In this document: piece after piece, positions 47,701-59,700 of the stretch | How the letters are laid out: every line of letters starts with the position of its first letter | How positions within the stretch are numbered: the stretch's first letter is position 1 | NCBI GenBank assembly: GCA_041690595.1 | Contig: JAWLHB010000017.1 | Coordinates: 1 to 64,000 of the forward strand | Direction of reading: 5' to 3' | Origin: Lentisphaeria bacterium | GTDB taxonomy: Bacteria > Verrucomicrobiota > Lentisphaeria > JABSQK01 > JAWLHB01 | Length of the DNA: 64,000 nt | Position numbers and translations under genes: made by a program | The notes under the pieces: generated by a model | Databases searched by the model: none | The model's input: the letters and a program-made list of their open reading frames with translations, nothing else | What the model was told of the DNA's origin: nothing

Positions 47701-50700
47701 CACCTGCGCCGTCGCATAGCCGCGCGCCGCATTGCTGAGGGAAACCGCAATCTGCGTCGACTCGTCTTTTCCGAGCACACCACCGTTGCCGGTCAGGATC
47801 AACCAGTCCGGATTGGTGTTCGCGAACGAAGCGGTCCAAGTCAAGGCTCTATCTCCGCTGTTCGTCAGCGTGTAGGCTTGTGTGAGCGGACTGAACGGTC
47901 CGCCAACCGGCCCTGCACTGATCAGCCCATTCAACTGCGCAACACTCAGATGACCGGCACTTGCCTCATTGAGGGACAAGGTCACCACGCGTTCGAAATA
48001 CTCATTGTTCGTGACGTCATGGAAGCTCACCAGGTCGGTGTAGTACCCCGCCGCCAGCGTACTGGCTGCACTGGTCAAACGCACCCGCACCCACAGAGCA
48101 GGATCCTCCGGTCTCAACGTTCCGCCAGCATCCGAGAACGACAGCCAGTCCGAGCCCTTCTCCGATCCCACCGTCCATTCCACATTCGTGCTGCCTTGGT
48201 TATCCAGCGTATAGACACGGGTATTGCTCGTGAAGTCGCTTCCCTCTAAACCACTCACCGAGAGGCCATCGATCGGCGACACCGTCAGGAAGCCGGGCGT
48301 ATCGCTGATCGCCAGCACCGCGCTGCGCGTCGTGTTGCCATTGCCTGTCGTCTGGTTAACAAAGCTGAGAGTCGAGGAATACACACCGGCGACATACGTC
48401 GCGCTGCTCGCCAGCTCGTTCACCCGCACCCTCACGACCGTGCTGGCATCACCCAGGAGCACACCATTCGATGCCGACAACGACAGCCAAGGCTCCGAAC
48501 TCGCCACCGACCACGCCAGTGACTTGCTTCCAGCGTTCTTCAGGGTGTACTGAATCGAACCACCTTCCCACGGTCCGCCTACCGGCCCGTTCGCCTGCAG
48601 CGAACCTTCTGTCACCTCCAGGAAGCCGATGCGCGTCTCCTGAACGTCGAAGTGAATGATAATCGAATTCGCCGTCAGGCCGTCCATACCGAACGCCACG
48701 GTCGCCGAGTAGCCGGCTGCGCTCAACGAGTTCGCGGCAGGCGTCAGGTTCACTTCAACTGTGGTACTCGCACCCGGACGGAGGGACCCACGAGTGGTGG
48801 ACAGACCCAGCCAGTCCGGCGTCGCGCCGCTGCTGCTTTCGATCATGCTTGTCCAGTCCATGGTCGAACCGGTATTGTTCGTCAACGTGTACAATCCGCT
48901 GGAAGGACTAAAGGGACCGCCCGCTTCGCCGGTCCTCGTGAACGCACGGTCCACTGCCACCCCCAGACTCCCGCTCAGATTGAGCAGCAGTACCGCCGTG
49001 CGTTGTGTGGTCCCCTGACCATTCGTCAGGTTATTGAACAATATCGTACCCACTTGGTCGGCAATCTGGGCATTCGTCACCGAATTGCTTGCCGCCGTGA
49101 CCGTGATTCCCGCTCCAGCAGCCAGACTGCCACCCGTTGCCGACAGGGATACCCAGGTGGGGCCATCGGCCGACCATTGAATGGTGGATGCGCCAGTGTT
49201 CCGCAGGATATAATCCCGGTTCTGCGTCGACGGGAACGGTCCTCCGACCGGACCGCTGAGCACCAGGCTGGTCGAGGGCGTAACGGAAAGCGCGCCGCCG
49301 CCAAGCGCCTGTACCGCCAACTGGGCAGTGATCGTGGCAGCCACCGTATTCGCCGTCGTATCGGTGAAGGCGATAATCGCGGTATACGTACCCGCGGTCA
49401 ACGCATTGGCCGCGGTACTCACCGTCACTTGGATATCAATATCCTCCAGACTGCTCAGAATGCCTTCGGCAGTGCTCAGCACCAGCCACTCTTCACCCGC
49501 ATTGGTGGTCACCGCACCCGACCACGTCAACGGTATTCCGCCATTGTTGGTCAGACGATAGTTGGTGGATACCGGCGTGAAGCCGCCCCCTTCCGTACCG
49601 CTTGACACAAAACTCGTGACTGGATCAACCGTCAGCACGCCAGGATCGTTGCTCGCAACCAGGGTATAGACGCGCGTTGTCGTTCCCAAACCGCCGGACG
49701 AGAGGTTCTGGAAGACGATCGCCTCCGTATAGACGCCGGCCGCCATGGTGTTCGCATTCGAATTGAGCATCACCTGTACCACCGCGGAGGCCTGCGATTC
49801 AAGATACCCGGCCGAGGACGTCAGGGTCAGGAAGCTGTCGCCTGCGTGGTACTCGTTTACAATTACTGACCAGTTGACCGGCAAGCCACCGGAATTGGTC
49901 AGCGTGTAGAAGGTACCTCCGGCAAAGCCATCGCTGTCGCTGACCGCAAAGGGGCCGCTCACCGGACCAGTCGCTGAAACGCCGCCAGCCGGTGTGACCT
50001 GCAGCGAACCCACGCTGCCGCCAAAGACATGGATACTCAGATTCCGCTCGATCTGCGACTGGTGCACACCCGCCTCGTCTGTCGTCGCAACGGTCAGCAT
50101 CCCGCCATAAACCGGATCCGGCAGCCATGTCAGGCCGCGAGCTTCCACCGGATCGATGTACACGCGCAACGCAAAGCTGCTGTTCGCCGCGACCACGCCG
50201 GTGACCGCGTTCAACTGCCATGGCTCGATGACCGACTCCGCCGTCACGTCGGCCGTCCAGTACAGGGGCAGATCACCCACGTTCTGGATGGTGTAAATGC
50301 TGTAGCTGTTGCCATCCGTGTTCCGGAATGGACCATACTGGAATCCCGTCGCGACAAAACCGGTGCTCGGGCTCAACTGCATGGTCGCGCTCTGCTGTAC
50401 CGTCAGCGTCACGGAGCGATTCAGCGTCACACCCGTATCCAGAATGAAGTAGACCGTGTCATTGTAGATGCCAGGAGACAAGGTGTTTGCCACCGCGGTC
50501 TTGATGCTCAGCGTGATATCGTCGTGACTGCCGCTTGCCAGCGTCTGATCGATGGAGTCCACCTTGACACCGCCACCATTCAACTCCAGCGCCAGCCAGC
50601 TCTGTGACTTGCGCACGCGGTATTCGCTGACCGCCGTGCCGAAGTTCGTCAATGAGTACGTGAATTCCGCGTCCGTGCCCTGGCCGGTGGCGGCGTTGGT

Positions 50701-53700
50701 CCAACCTTGCACGCCTCCCTCTGGACCGTAGGCCACAAAGGAATTCTGCGGCGAGAGCATGAGCCCCTCATTCGCCTCAATGGTCAGGCGAACCACGCGA
50801 TCCACGTAATTGCCCACCCCTTCCGGGCTGCCACGTTCGAAGAAGCGCAGCGTTACCGTGTGCGTCCCGATCGGCAGCGCGTTCGCTATCGTCGGGTCCA
50901 CCGTCACCGTCATGAAATCGATCTCGAACGGCTTGATGCTGGCGTCATTCGGATTGAACGCCGTCAGGAAGTTCGTCGAAGATGCACCGACCACCTGCAT
51001 CGACCAGTCAACGGATGTGGCACCATCGTTGAACAGCGAAAACTCGATGCTGTGTTCGTCCACGCCAATGTCGTTCTGCACATCCGTGAAGCTGAGGGAC
51101 GACTCATCGTTGGGCATGACCGCCAGCCAGAAGCCGGTGTTCGCGAAATCTTCCAGCATCACGTTATCGATGAACCAGCCAGACTGCATGCTCCTGGGCA
51201 TGAACGGACGCCAATCCTTGGGCGGCGTGCTGAAGGTGTCGTTATCCGGATGCGGCCCTGTCGCGAAGACGAAGCGGAAGCGGACGACCTGCCCAGCATG
51301 AGAACTCAGCGGAATCCTGCTATCGATAAAGCCGGCACTGGGATTGGTGGCAACCATGCCAAATTGCGAACCAGACTCCGGGAATCCATAGACATGCGTG
51401 GAGAGTACTCCGGGGAGCGGTACCGGTATCCACTCACCACCATTCACCTGCTTCTCCAAACGGGCGCCGTCCCAATAGAAGGTCGACCGAAGCGTCCATT
51501 CCGCTGGCCACGCAGCCCCCACCCCAGGCTCAGTTGCCGCGCTCGACGTGTGGTTCCGATGCGCGCTGTAGAGCAGCCCGCTCGACCCATGCACGACCCA
51601 GACGCCGGCGACATAAGGCAAGCCCGAACCCCAGACCGACGCGAACTGCGCCCTGTCGTAATCGTAGAACGCATTCGGTATTTCAAGCTTGTGCGAGAAA
51701 CGGAAACGCGGATCCACGGAATTTGACGGTACGCGGAAGTGCGGCGTGTACAGATACGAAATACTTGCCTCGTCAGTGGAGCCACCACCGCTCCAGTAGC
51801 CGTCGTTCAGATCGGTCGTCCGGCTGACGCCCCAAAGCCGCTCTGTCGTTGGCCCAAGCGTACGGTCCACATCAAGATCTGTATTCGACGAATCCCGCGG
51901 ACCCGTAACGTTGTTAAAGCTGACATTGGACATGCTGGGAGGCGTGTGACTGTGCACGATGAACTGCCGAGTGATCGTGTTCAGCGTGGTCTCGTCCCTG
52001 ATCGTCAAGGTAACAAGATCAAAACCTAAGGGCAGCGCGGCAGCCAGCAGGGAATCCGTTACCAGAGTGATGTCTTGAGTAGCAAGGGGACCGAGGTTAA
52101 CCGGCGAAGCAGTCGCAAGCGTAAGCCAACCGTTATTCGCGCTCAACGTGAATGACACGTTCCGTGCGTCGACGAGGTGGGTATTGCGAACCGTAAAGGT
52201 CAAGTCTCCGCCCACCACAGGTGTAAAGGTACCATCCTGCCCGACGAACATTTCCCAAGAGCGCCCATTGGCGTCATCGGGATCCGTTGTATCTATTTCA
52301 ATGAAATCAACATCAGCACTGGCAATCGGATTAATCAAGAACTGATAAACGCCCTCTTGCAAGAAGAACGTCAACTGGTCACCGGCACGGAAAGGCATCA
52401 CACCATCGGGTGCATCAATGTCAATCGTGACACCATCAGCCGCCCCAATCGGATACGTAATCGTTGTAGTGAGTCCGTCCCCCAACCAAGTTGGCGTCGT
52501 GGTCGAAATGATCTCGCCGACACTGGGTTCCTGATCTTGGAAGACATAGGCTCCATCTATCCAACCGTCGCCAAGTGCATTGACGAAGGTAATGGTGCGG
52601 AAAGCGCTTAGGGTCAAATCCTTGCCGAAGCCGCCTGGCGTATCCATAAGGAAATAGCCGGAGTTGTTGTCGGGCGTACTGGGTCCAGCCGCAGCGATGA
52701 GAGCATCCGTGTCAGACTTCCACACGGATTCCACGTCGCCGTATTGCCAGAGGCTGTGGGGGAAGGGCAGAACAGGATGATTGCCTTCCGTCTCCCATCC
52801 TTCTGCCAACCCGTCGCGGTCTTCAAAGGTGATGAAGTAGGGGAAGCGATAAACGGGGTAGACATTCAGCTCGATATTCGCTGTCGCCACCGTCTTGGCA
52901 TCACTCTCATTCACGAAGCTCAGGAATGCCCGGTACCTTCCGGCATCCAGAGTGGCGGCACCGGCCGCGGCTTTCGCGGTCAAGGTAACCGATTGACCCG
53001 GAGCCAGTGTACGATCCGCCACCACCGATGCACCGACCGTTACGCTGGTCGCTTCATAGGTAATATCCCAGTTGCTCACATCGACCCAGGCAACGCTGCT
53101 GTTGTCGATGATGGCCGTGTTGACGTTCCACACCAGATCCTGCGTACCAAGATTGGTCAGCGTATAATCCTTTCCGGTCGGGCTCCAGTCCGCCACCACG
53201 GTCCCTTCGATCCCGTGCAGGACAAACGCTTCGACCGGAGTCACGGACAACGGATTGTTGCCGGCGGCTTCCACGACGTGGAGGACAACGGTCACGCTCA
53301 TCGGCAGCCCAGTGGCGATCTGGCCGCTCGTGTTGTTGCTGAAGCCGATGGACGAGGTGTAATAGCCCGCTTCCAGTGTGGAAACAGCCGCGCCAAGACT
53401 CACCGTAACATTCGTCGTTGCGCCGGCGGCAAGTGTGCCGGAGGTGCTTGAGAGCGTCAACCAATCTGCTGGCTCCTGCATCGCCCAGGACATGGTGCTG
53501 CCACCGCTGTTACGCAACGTGAAGGTGTCATAGCCGCGGATGAAGCTGCCAGTCGCACCACCGGCAGGACCGGCAATGTTCAGCGTATCGCTCGGCGAAT
53601 ACGTCAACTCCGCCGGCGCCGTCACGTTCAACGCCACCGTACGCATGGTGTTGTTGCCCTGATTGTCGGTAAACTGCAGCGTCGTCGAATAGGTTCCCGC

Positions 53701-56700
53701 TGTGAGGTAGGTGGCCGTCGGTGCGACCGAGACCGCTACCTGCGCAACACCGGCACTGCCGCCATCCACGCCATTGAACGGCACCAGATAACCGTTCGTC
53801 GCGGACAGGATGAGGAACTGGTTCCCCGGCAACGCCAGATCTTGGACCGTCCACTCGAGGGTCGTCTCGCCATCGTTGCTCAGCGTATAGAGGTTCGAGG
53901 TACTAAAGGCCGTATCGAGGACAAAGGGTCCGCCCTGTGGCCCGATAAACGCTTTGATGCCGCTTTCCGGCGATACCGCCAGCTCGCCCGGATCCGACGG
54001 ATTGACCGTCAGTGAGATCAGGCGAGAGGTGACATCCGTTGATTCCCCGGCATAGGCAAAGTAAAGCGTCGTCTGCGTCAGCGAATTGGCGTCGATCGTG
54101 GCGGCGTCGCCCGTAAGCACCACTGTTATCACAGCACTGCCGCCAGGAAGCACGGAACCCGAGTTGGCGGTGATGGCCACCCAGTCTGCCGCGTCACGCA
54201 ACTCGGCCGTCCAGTTGAACGCTGTGCCACCCAGATTGCTGATGGTGTAACTGGCGGAAATTGACCCGGTCGAGGCGAAGGTAAAGGGACCGCCCGCGTC
54301 ACCGGACGCATTCAACGTGTTGATCGGGCTGACCACCATGACGCCGTCACCCGAAAGAATGTCCAACTGGACCAGGCGAGTCGCCACCTCTTCCCCGCCG
54401 GCATTGAAGCTGAGGGTCGTCGTGTACGGGCTGCCGACAGCCGTCTTGGCATAGGCGGCCGCGGAGAGACCGACCGTGATCTGCGTGGTCGCGCCACCAG
54501 CCAGTGAGCCCGACTGCGCGCTGATTGCCAGCCAGTCCGGAGCATTGTCGGTTGACACCGACCAGGCGACGAGAGCCACCGAGTTGTTCGTCAGATCGTA
54601 GGTCTGCGAAGATGGCGTGAACGGACCACCTTGTGAGCCGCTGCTCAGCATACCGGTTCCTGGCGATACCGCAAATTCTCCAGACGGAGACTCGATGACC
54701 AGCACCACGCTGCGCTGCGCCACGCTGACACCATCGACACCGAAATCGACGGTGGCGGTGAAGATCCCAGACGGCATCAGCTTGGCCACGGCCGTATGCG
54801 AAACAAGCAGGTCAATTGTGCCATTCGGCTGCAGTGTGCCGGCATCCGCACTCAGGGAGAGCCAATCGTAGCTGTCCAGCTTGCTGATCGCTGCCGTCCA
54901 GTTCGCCTGCTGACCGCCGCTGGCAGTCAGCGTATAAGGCTGGGACGATGGCGTGAAGGGTCCACCCAAGGTGCCGCTGCTCGTGAAGGCAGACTGAGGC
55001 GTCACCGTCAGCAGCCCTACCGCCGAGGCATCGTAAATGGTCAGCATGACGATCGTCGAATCAATCGCTTCATCGCCATCGTAGAAGGTCACGATCGTCG
55101 AATACGTGCCTGCGCTGAGGCTATTGGCATTGGCGTTAATGCCAACCGTGAGGTTATAGGACATGCCATGACTCAGCCGCCCTTCCTGACCGGAAAGACT
55201 GACCCAGTTGCCATTCACCGTAGCCGACCAATCAACCGGAGCGTCGCCCAAGTTCCCCAACAGGAAGTTCTTCGTTGCCGGGCTGAAGGGACCACCCTCT
55301 ACGCCGGTGGAAAGCAGACCGCCGGTTCCATGGTCGACGATCAGCTGGGCTGGGTTCAGCGGCGCCACATGCAGCGTAACGGCTCGTGTCGTGCTGCCGA
55401 TCTCGCTGCTCTGGAATTCAATGATCGTCGTGTAAGCGCCAGGAGTCAGATTGTCAGCAATCGCGCTTGTCCCGACGGTAACTATCGTCGAGTTGTTACC
55501 GATCGTCGAATCGCTGGGCAGCAGGATACCACCAAGCTGCGACAGCGTCAGCCAAGTGGCTGTCGGATCAACGACCGCCGTCCAGGTTACCGCCGAACCT
55601 CCGATGTTCTGCAGCGTGTAGGAGGCTGTCGAGAAGGCGAATGGCCCGCCTTCGGTACCATTGGCCGTCGTGTCACCAAAGGGACTCGCCACTAGCTGGC
55701 CGGTATCCGAAAGCATCGTGACCTCGATCATCCGCGTCGCGAAGAGAATACCCTCGGCATAGAAGTTCAGGTCGCTCGTCCAAGCGCCCGCATCCAGCGA
55801 CCGTGCCTCACCATTGGCGAAGATGGAGATCGTGGTTGGCGTCGTCAGATTGTCCAGAATACCGCCCGTCTGGCTAAGGCTCACCCAGTCGACGGCAGGA
55901 GAGACTTCCACACTCCACCGGACCGGCTGTGTACCACTGCGACTGATGGTGTAACTCTGCGCCGACGGCGTGAAGCCGGCCAGCGGAGTGCCGGTGGCGA
56001 TGTAACCCGCGTCCGGCGTCACGCTGAAGACGCTCGAAGCCGGCTCCTGGATGCTCACCGAAATCGCCCGCGTCGTCACGTTCGTGTCGTCATTCTTGTT
56101 GGCAAACTGGATCGTGTCGCTGTACGAACCGGCTTCCAGGCCGCGGATACCCGCTGTGGTGCTTACGGAAACAGTCGTGCTGCCACCGGTCAGCAGGGTG
56201 CCCGAGGTTGTGCTCAGGCTCAGCCAGTCGTAGCCGTTCAACGTCGCGGCTGACCAGTCCACCGGCGTGCCACCAATATTGCTCAATTCGTAGCTGCGGT
56301 TCGTCAACAAGCCCGCGGCCCCTTCGTCTCCGGAAATGTTCCACGTATCGATCGGCGTGACGACCAGTTGGCCTTCGCTGTTGATCACCTGCAGACTCAT
56401 CTCGCGGGTAGCCATAGTCTGACCGGCGCCGTTGAACCAAAGCGTCGTTGTGTAAGTACCCTCGGCCTGCGCATAAGCATTAGCATTGAGAGCTACCGTA
56501 ATGGAGATCTCACCATCTGCAGCCAGGGTACCCGCCTTCGCCGAGAGGGAGAACCAAGTCGCGGACAGATCACTGCTCTCGATGCTCCACGCGATGGGAA
56601 GATCGCCTGTATTCTCAAGTCCGTACCCGGTGCTCGTCGGGTTGAAGGTACCGTTCTGCGAGCCGATCGACGAGAAACTGCTCGCCGGCGATACCACGAG

Positions 56701-59700
56701 CAGACCGGGCTGCTCGTCCAGTACCGTCAGGATCACCTCACGCACCGCGTCGTCACCAGCTCCTGCGCTGGACTCGTTCGTGAAGAGAATCGTATCGCTA
56801 TAGACGCCGACATTCAGAAGGTCGGACGGCTGACACATCGACACCGTCACCGTCTGCTTCGCACCAGGAAGCAGATAGCCGGAGGTGCTCGACAAGCTGA
56901 TCCAGTTCGCACTGTTCACGATCGCCGCGGACCAGCCAATCTCTGTCGCACCGATGTTCTCCAGCATATAGTCGAACGTTCCAGGTGTGAAGGTCCCGCC
57001 GACCGTGCCACTGGGCATAAACGCATCGGCCGTGGTGACCCGCAGTTGGCCTTCGCCGGTCAGCACCGTCAAACGCACTTCACGCGTCGCCACCACCGTC
57101 GTGCCGCTACGAAACTCGATTGTCGTCGTATGCAGCCCGCCCGCCAACTGATCAGCCAGCGAATTGATGGAGACCGTTATGCTCTGCTCGGAGCCGCCGA
57201 GCAGCGTGCCCGAACCGGTCGAGATGCTCACCCAATTCGCACCTTCCACATTTGCCACGGAATAGGCAACCGCTACAGCGCCGTCATTGCTGAGCGTATA
57301 GCCCAGTCTATTCGGGCTGAAGCCACCGCCCTGTGGGCCGACCGAAAGAAGGGCATCCGCCGGCGAAACCGTGATCGCCTGCTCGTCGCTACCCGTCACG
57401 TTCAGCACCAGCGTGATCGACGTGTTGCCAAGATCGTTCGACATGTTGAAGATATTGACAGCTATGGCATGAACGCCTTCACCCAATTGCAACGCCTGCG
57501 CATTTGGCACCGCGTCGACAACCGTGCTCCGGTTCGCTTCCAGCACACCGGCATCGGCGCTCAGCGTCAACCAGTTGCCACCAGTCGTGGTTGCCGACCA
57601 AGCCACCGAACCGCCACCTTCGTTCGCCAGCGTGATCGGGATGCTTGTCGGCGTGAAGATAACCCCATCAACCGCCCGGGTGTAGGCATCCGCGGTGTTG
57701 GTGACGTTGAGGAAACCATTGCCGCCAAGAACTGTCAAGTCGACACTGAGGGTGACAACCGGTATACCAGCCGCATTGAAGGTCAAGGTCTGCGTGTATT
57801 CGCCCACATTTAGTGCATTGGCAACTGACCGCAGCCTGACGGTTATCTGAGCGCTGTCACCGCCAGTCAGTATTCCCTGTGTGCTGCTGATCGCCACCAG
57901 CTCCTCACCGGCGACCTCCACACTCCAGGAAAGCGGCTCTTCGCCGCCGTTGCTCAGCTGGTACACCTTGCTGGAATTGCTGAAGGGTCCGCCATAGGCG
58001 CCACTGCTGGCGATTCCCGAGGCCGGGCTGATCACCAACTGAGCAGGCGTATTCGCATTGACGATCACCAGCACAACCACGTTGGTCGAACCAACCCCAT
58101 TGCTGTTGTTGGTGAAGGCGACAGTCTCACTGTAAGAACCAACGGCAAGAGTCTCCGCCGTGCGATTCAGCGACAGGGTCACGGTGCTCTCCTGATCGCG
58201 TTGCAGAGTGCCGCCAAAGCTCGATATGCTGAGCCATGAGACATTACCGATCGCTTCGGCAGACCAAGTCAGTGTGTTGCCGCCGACATTGCGAACCGTA
58301 TACTCTCTGGAACGGTCGTCGAACATGCCACCCTCAGAGCGAATGGCTATGAAATCAGCGCCGTCGTCGACTTCAAGAATGCCTTCTCCATCGATCAGGG
58401 TCAACAGGATTGGCCGAGTGGTAATCTCGAGTGCATTGGCACTGAAGATCACGGTATCGCTGTACTGGCCTACGGTCAACGTGCTGGCATTGCTGTTGAT
58501 GACGACGCTGACGGTCGCCGAAGTATCGGGCTCAAGCGTTCCCTGTGTGCTGGAAAGGCTCAGCCAAGTGGATGCGCCGGCAAGTTGAGCACTCCAGTCA
58601 AGCGCGGTGCCACCTTCGTTCTTGAGCGTATAGGTGATGCTGTTCGAGGTCAGCGATTGCCCCACTCCCTCAACCACCGAAAGCCCGGCGATCGGGTCCA
58701 CCGTCAACTGACCGGGACTCTGCGGGAGGACCGAAAGAACCACATTCCGCTGCGCATTGCCAAGGCCGTTCGTGTTGTTGTAGACGAAAAGCGTATCGGT
58801 ATGCGAACCAATGGCTTGCGTGCGCGCATTTGAATTGGTGCTGACGATCACGGAGGTGCTCCCGCCAACAGGCAGATAGCCCGACGAACTCGACAACGTC
58901 AGCCAGTTGGCACTCTTCGCGATAGACCAGTCGATCGGCGTAGCACCAGGATTGGACAGTGTCAATGTGTGCGACGGCGGCGCAATGGCCTGGTTGTATT
59001 CGCCGCTGAAGAGCATGTTCACTTCACCAACCGTCAGAGATCCAGCTTCATCCAGAATATGAAGACTGATCGGTCGAGTATCGACTCGAACGTTATTCAG
59101 GTAGAAGTCGATCATGCCAGCCTGCACGGAGGCCGGCTCATCATTGGCATTGCTGTTGATCGAAAGCTCAACATCCACTGAGGCGTTGGGTTCCAGGCGG
59201 CCATGCTCGCTGGCAAGGGTCACCCAATCGACATTACGGATACCAACGGACCAGTTCAGCGACTCACCGCTGATGTTTCGGATTGTATACGTATCGTTAT
59301 TCATCACGAAGCTTCCGCCTACCGGTCCCTGGGCCATGACGCCAGTCTCCGGCAATACACTGATCTTTGCCGCTTCGAGCGGCACGACCACCATCCCAAT
59401 CTCGACGTCATTGTAGTTGGTCGCGTCAGCAGCATTCGTGAACGACAGGGATACGGGCTGTGAGCCAGCCAGCAACTGACTGGCGCGGCTGTTCACCACA
59501 ACATTGACCAGCGTACTCCGGCCTGGCTCCAACACGCCGCCAGTACTTGACAGCGTCAGGAACGGCGGGCTCGTCACGTATTGCGGCGTCAATGCCCAGA
59601 TCAGAGTCTCCCCGCCGGCATTCTTGACGCTGTACGTGAAGCTGGTTGGCGTGAAAGGTCCACCGACATAACCGGTGATTCCAACGTCACCACGCTCACT

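Noticed and set aside
42133..48249. 596-aa and 779-aa plus-strand ORFs
   Set aside because: Antisense shadows of the BACON array with no protein-like features.
51805..52623. Intein as the explanation for the in-frame insert
   Set aside because: No N-terminal Cys/Ser splice block, no C-terminal His-Asn and no homing endonuclease motifs.
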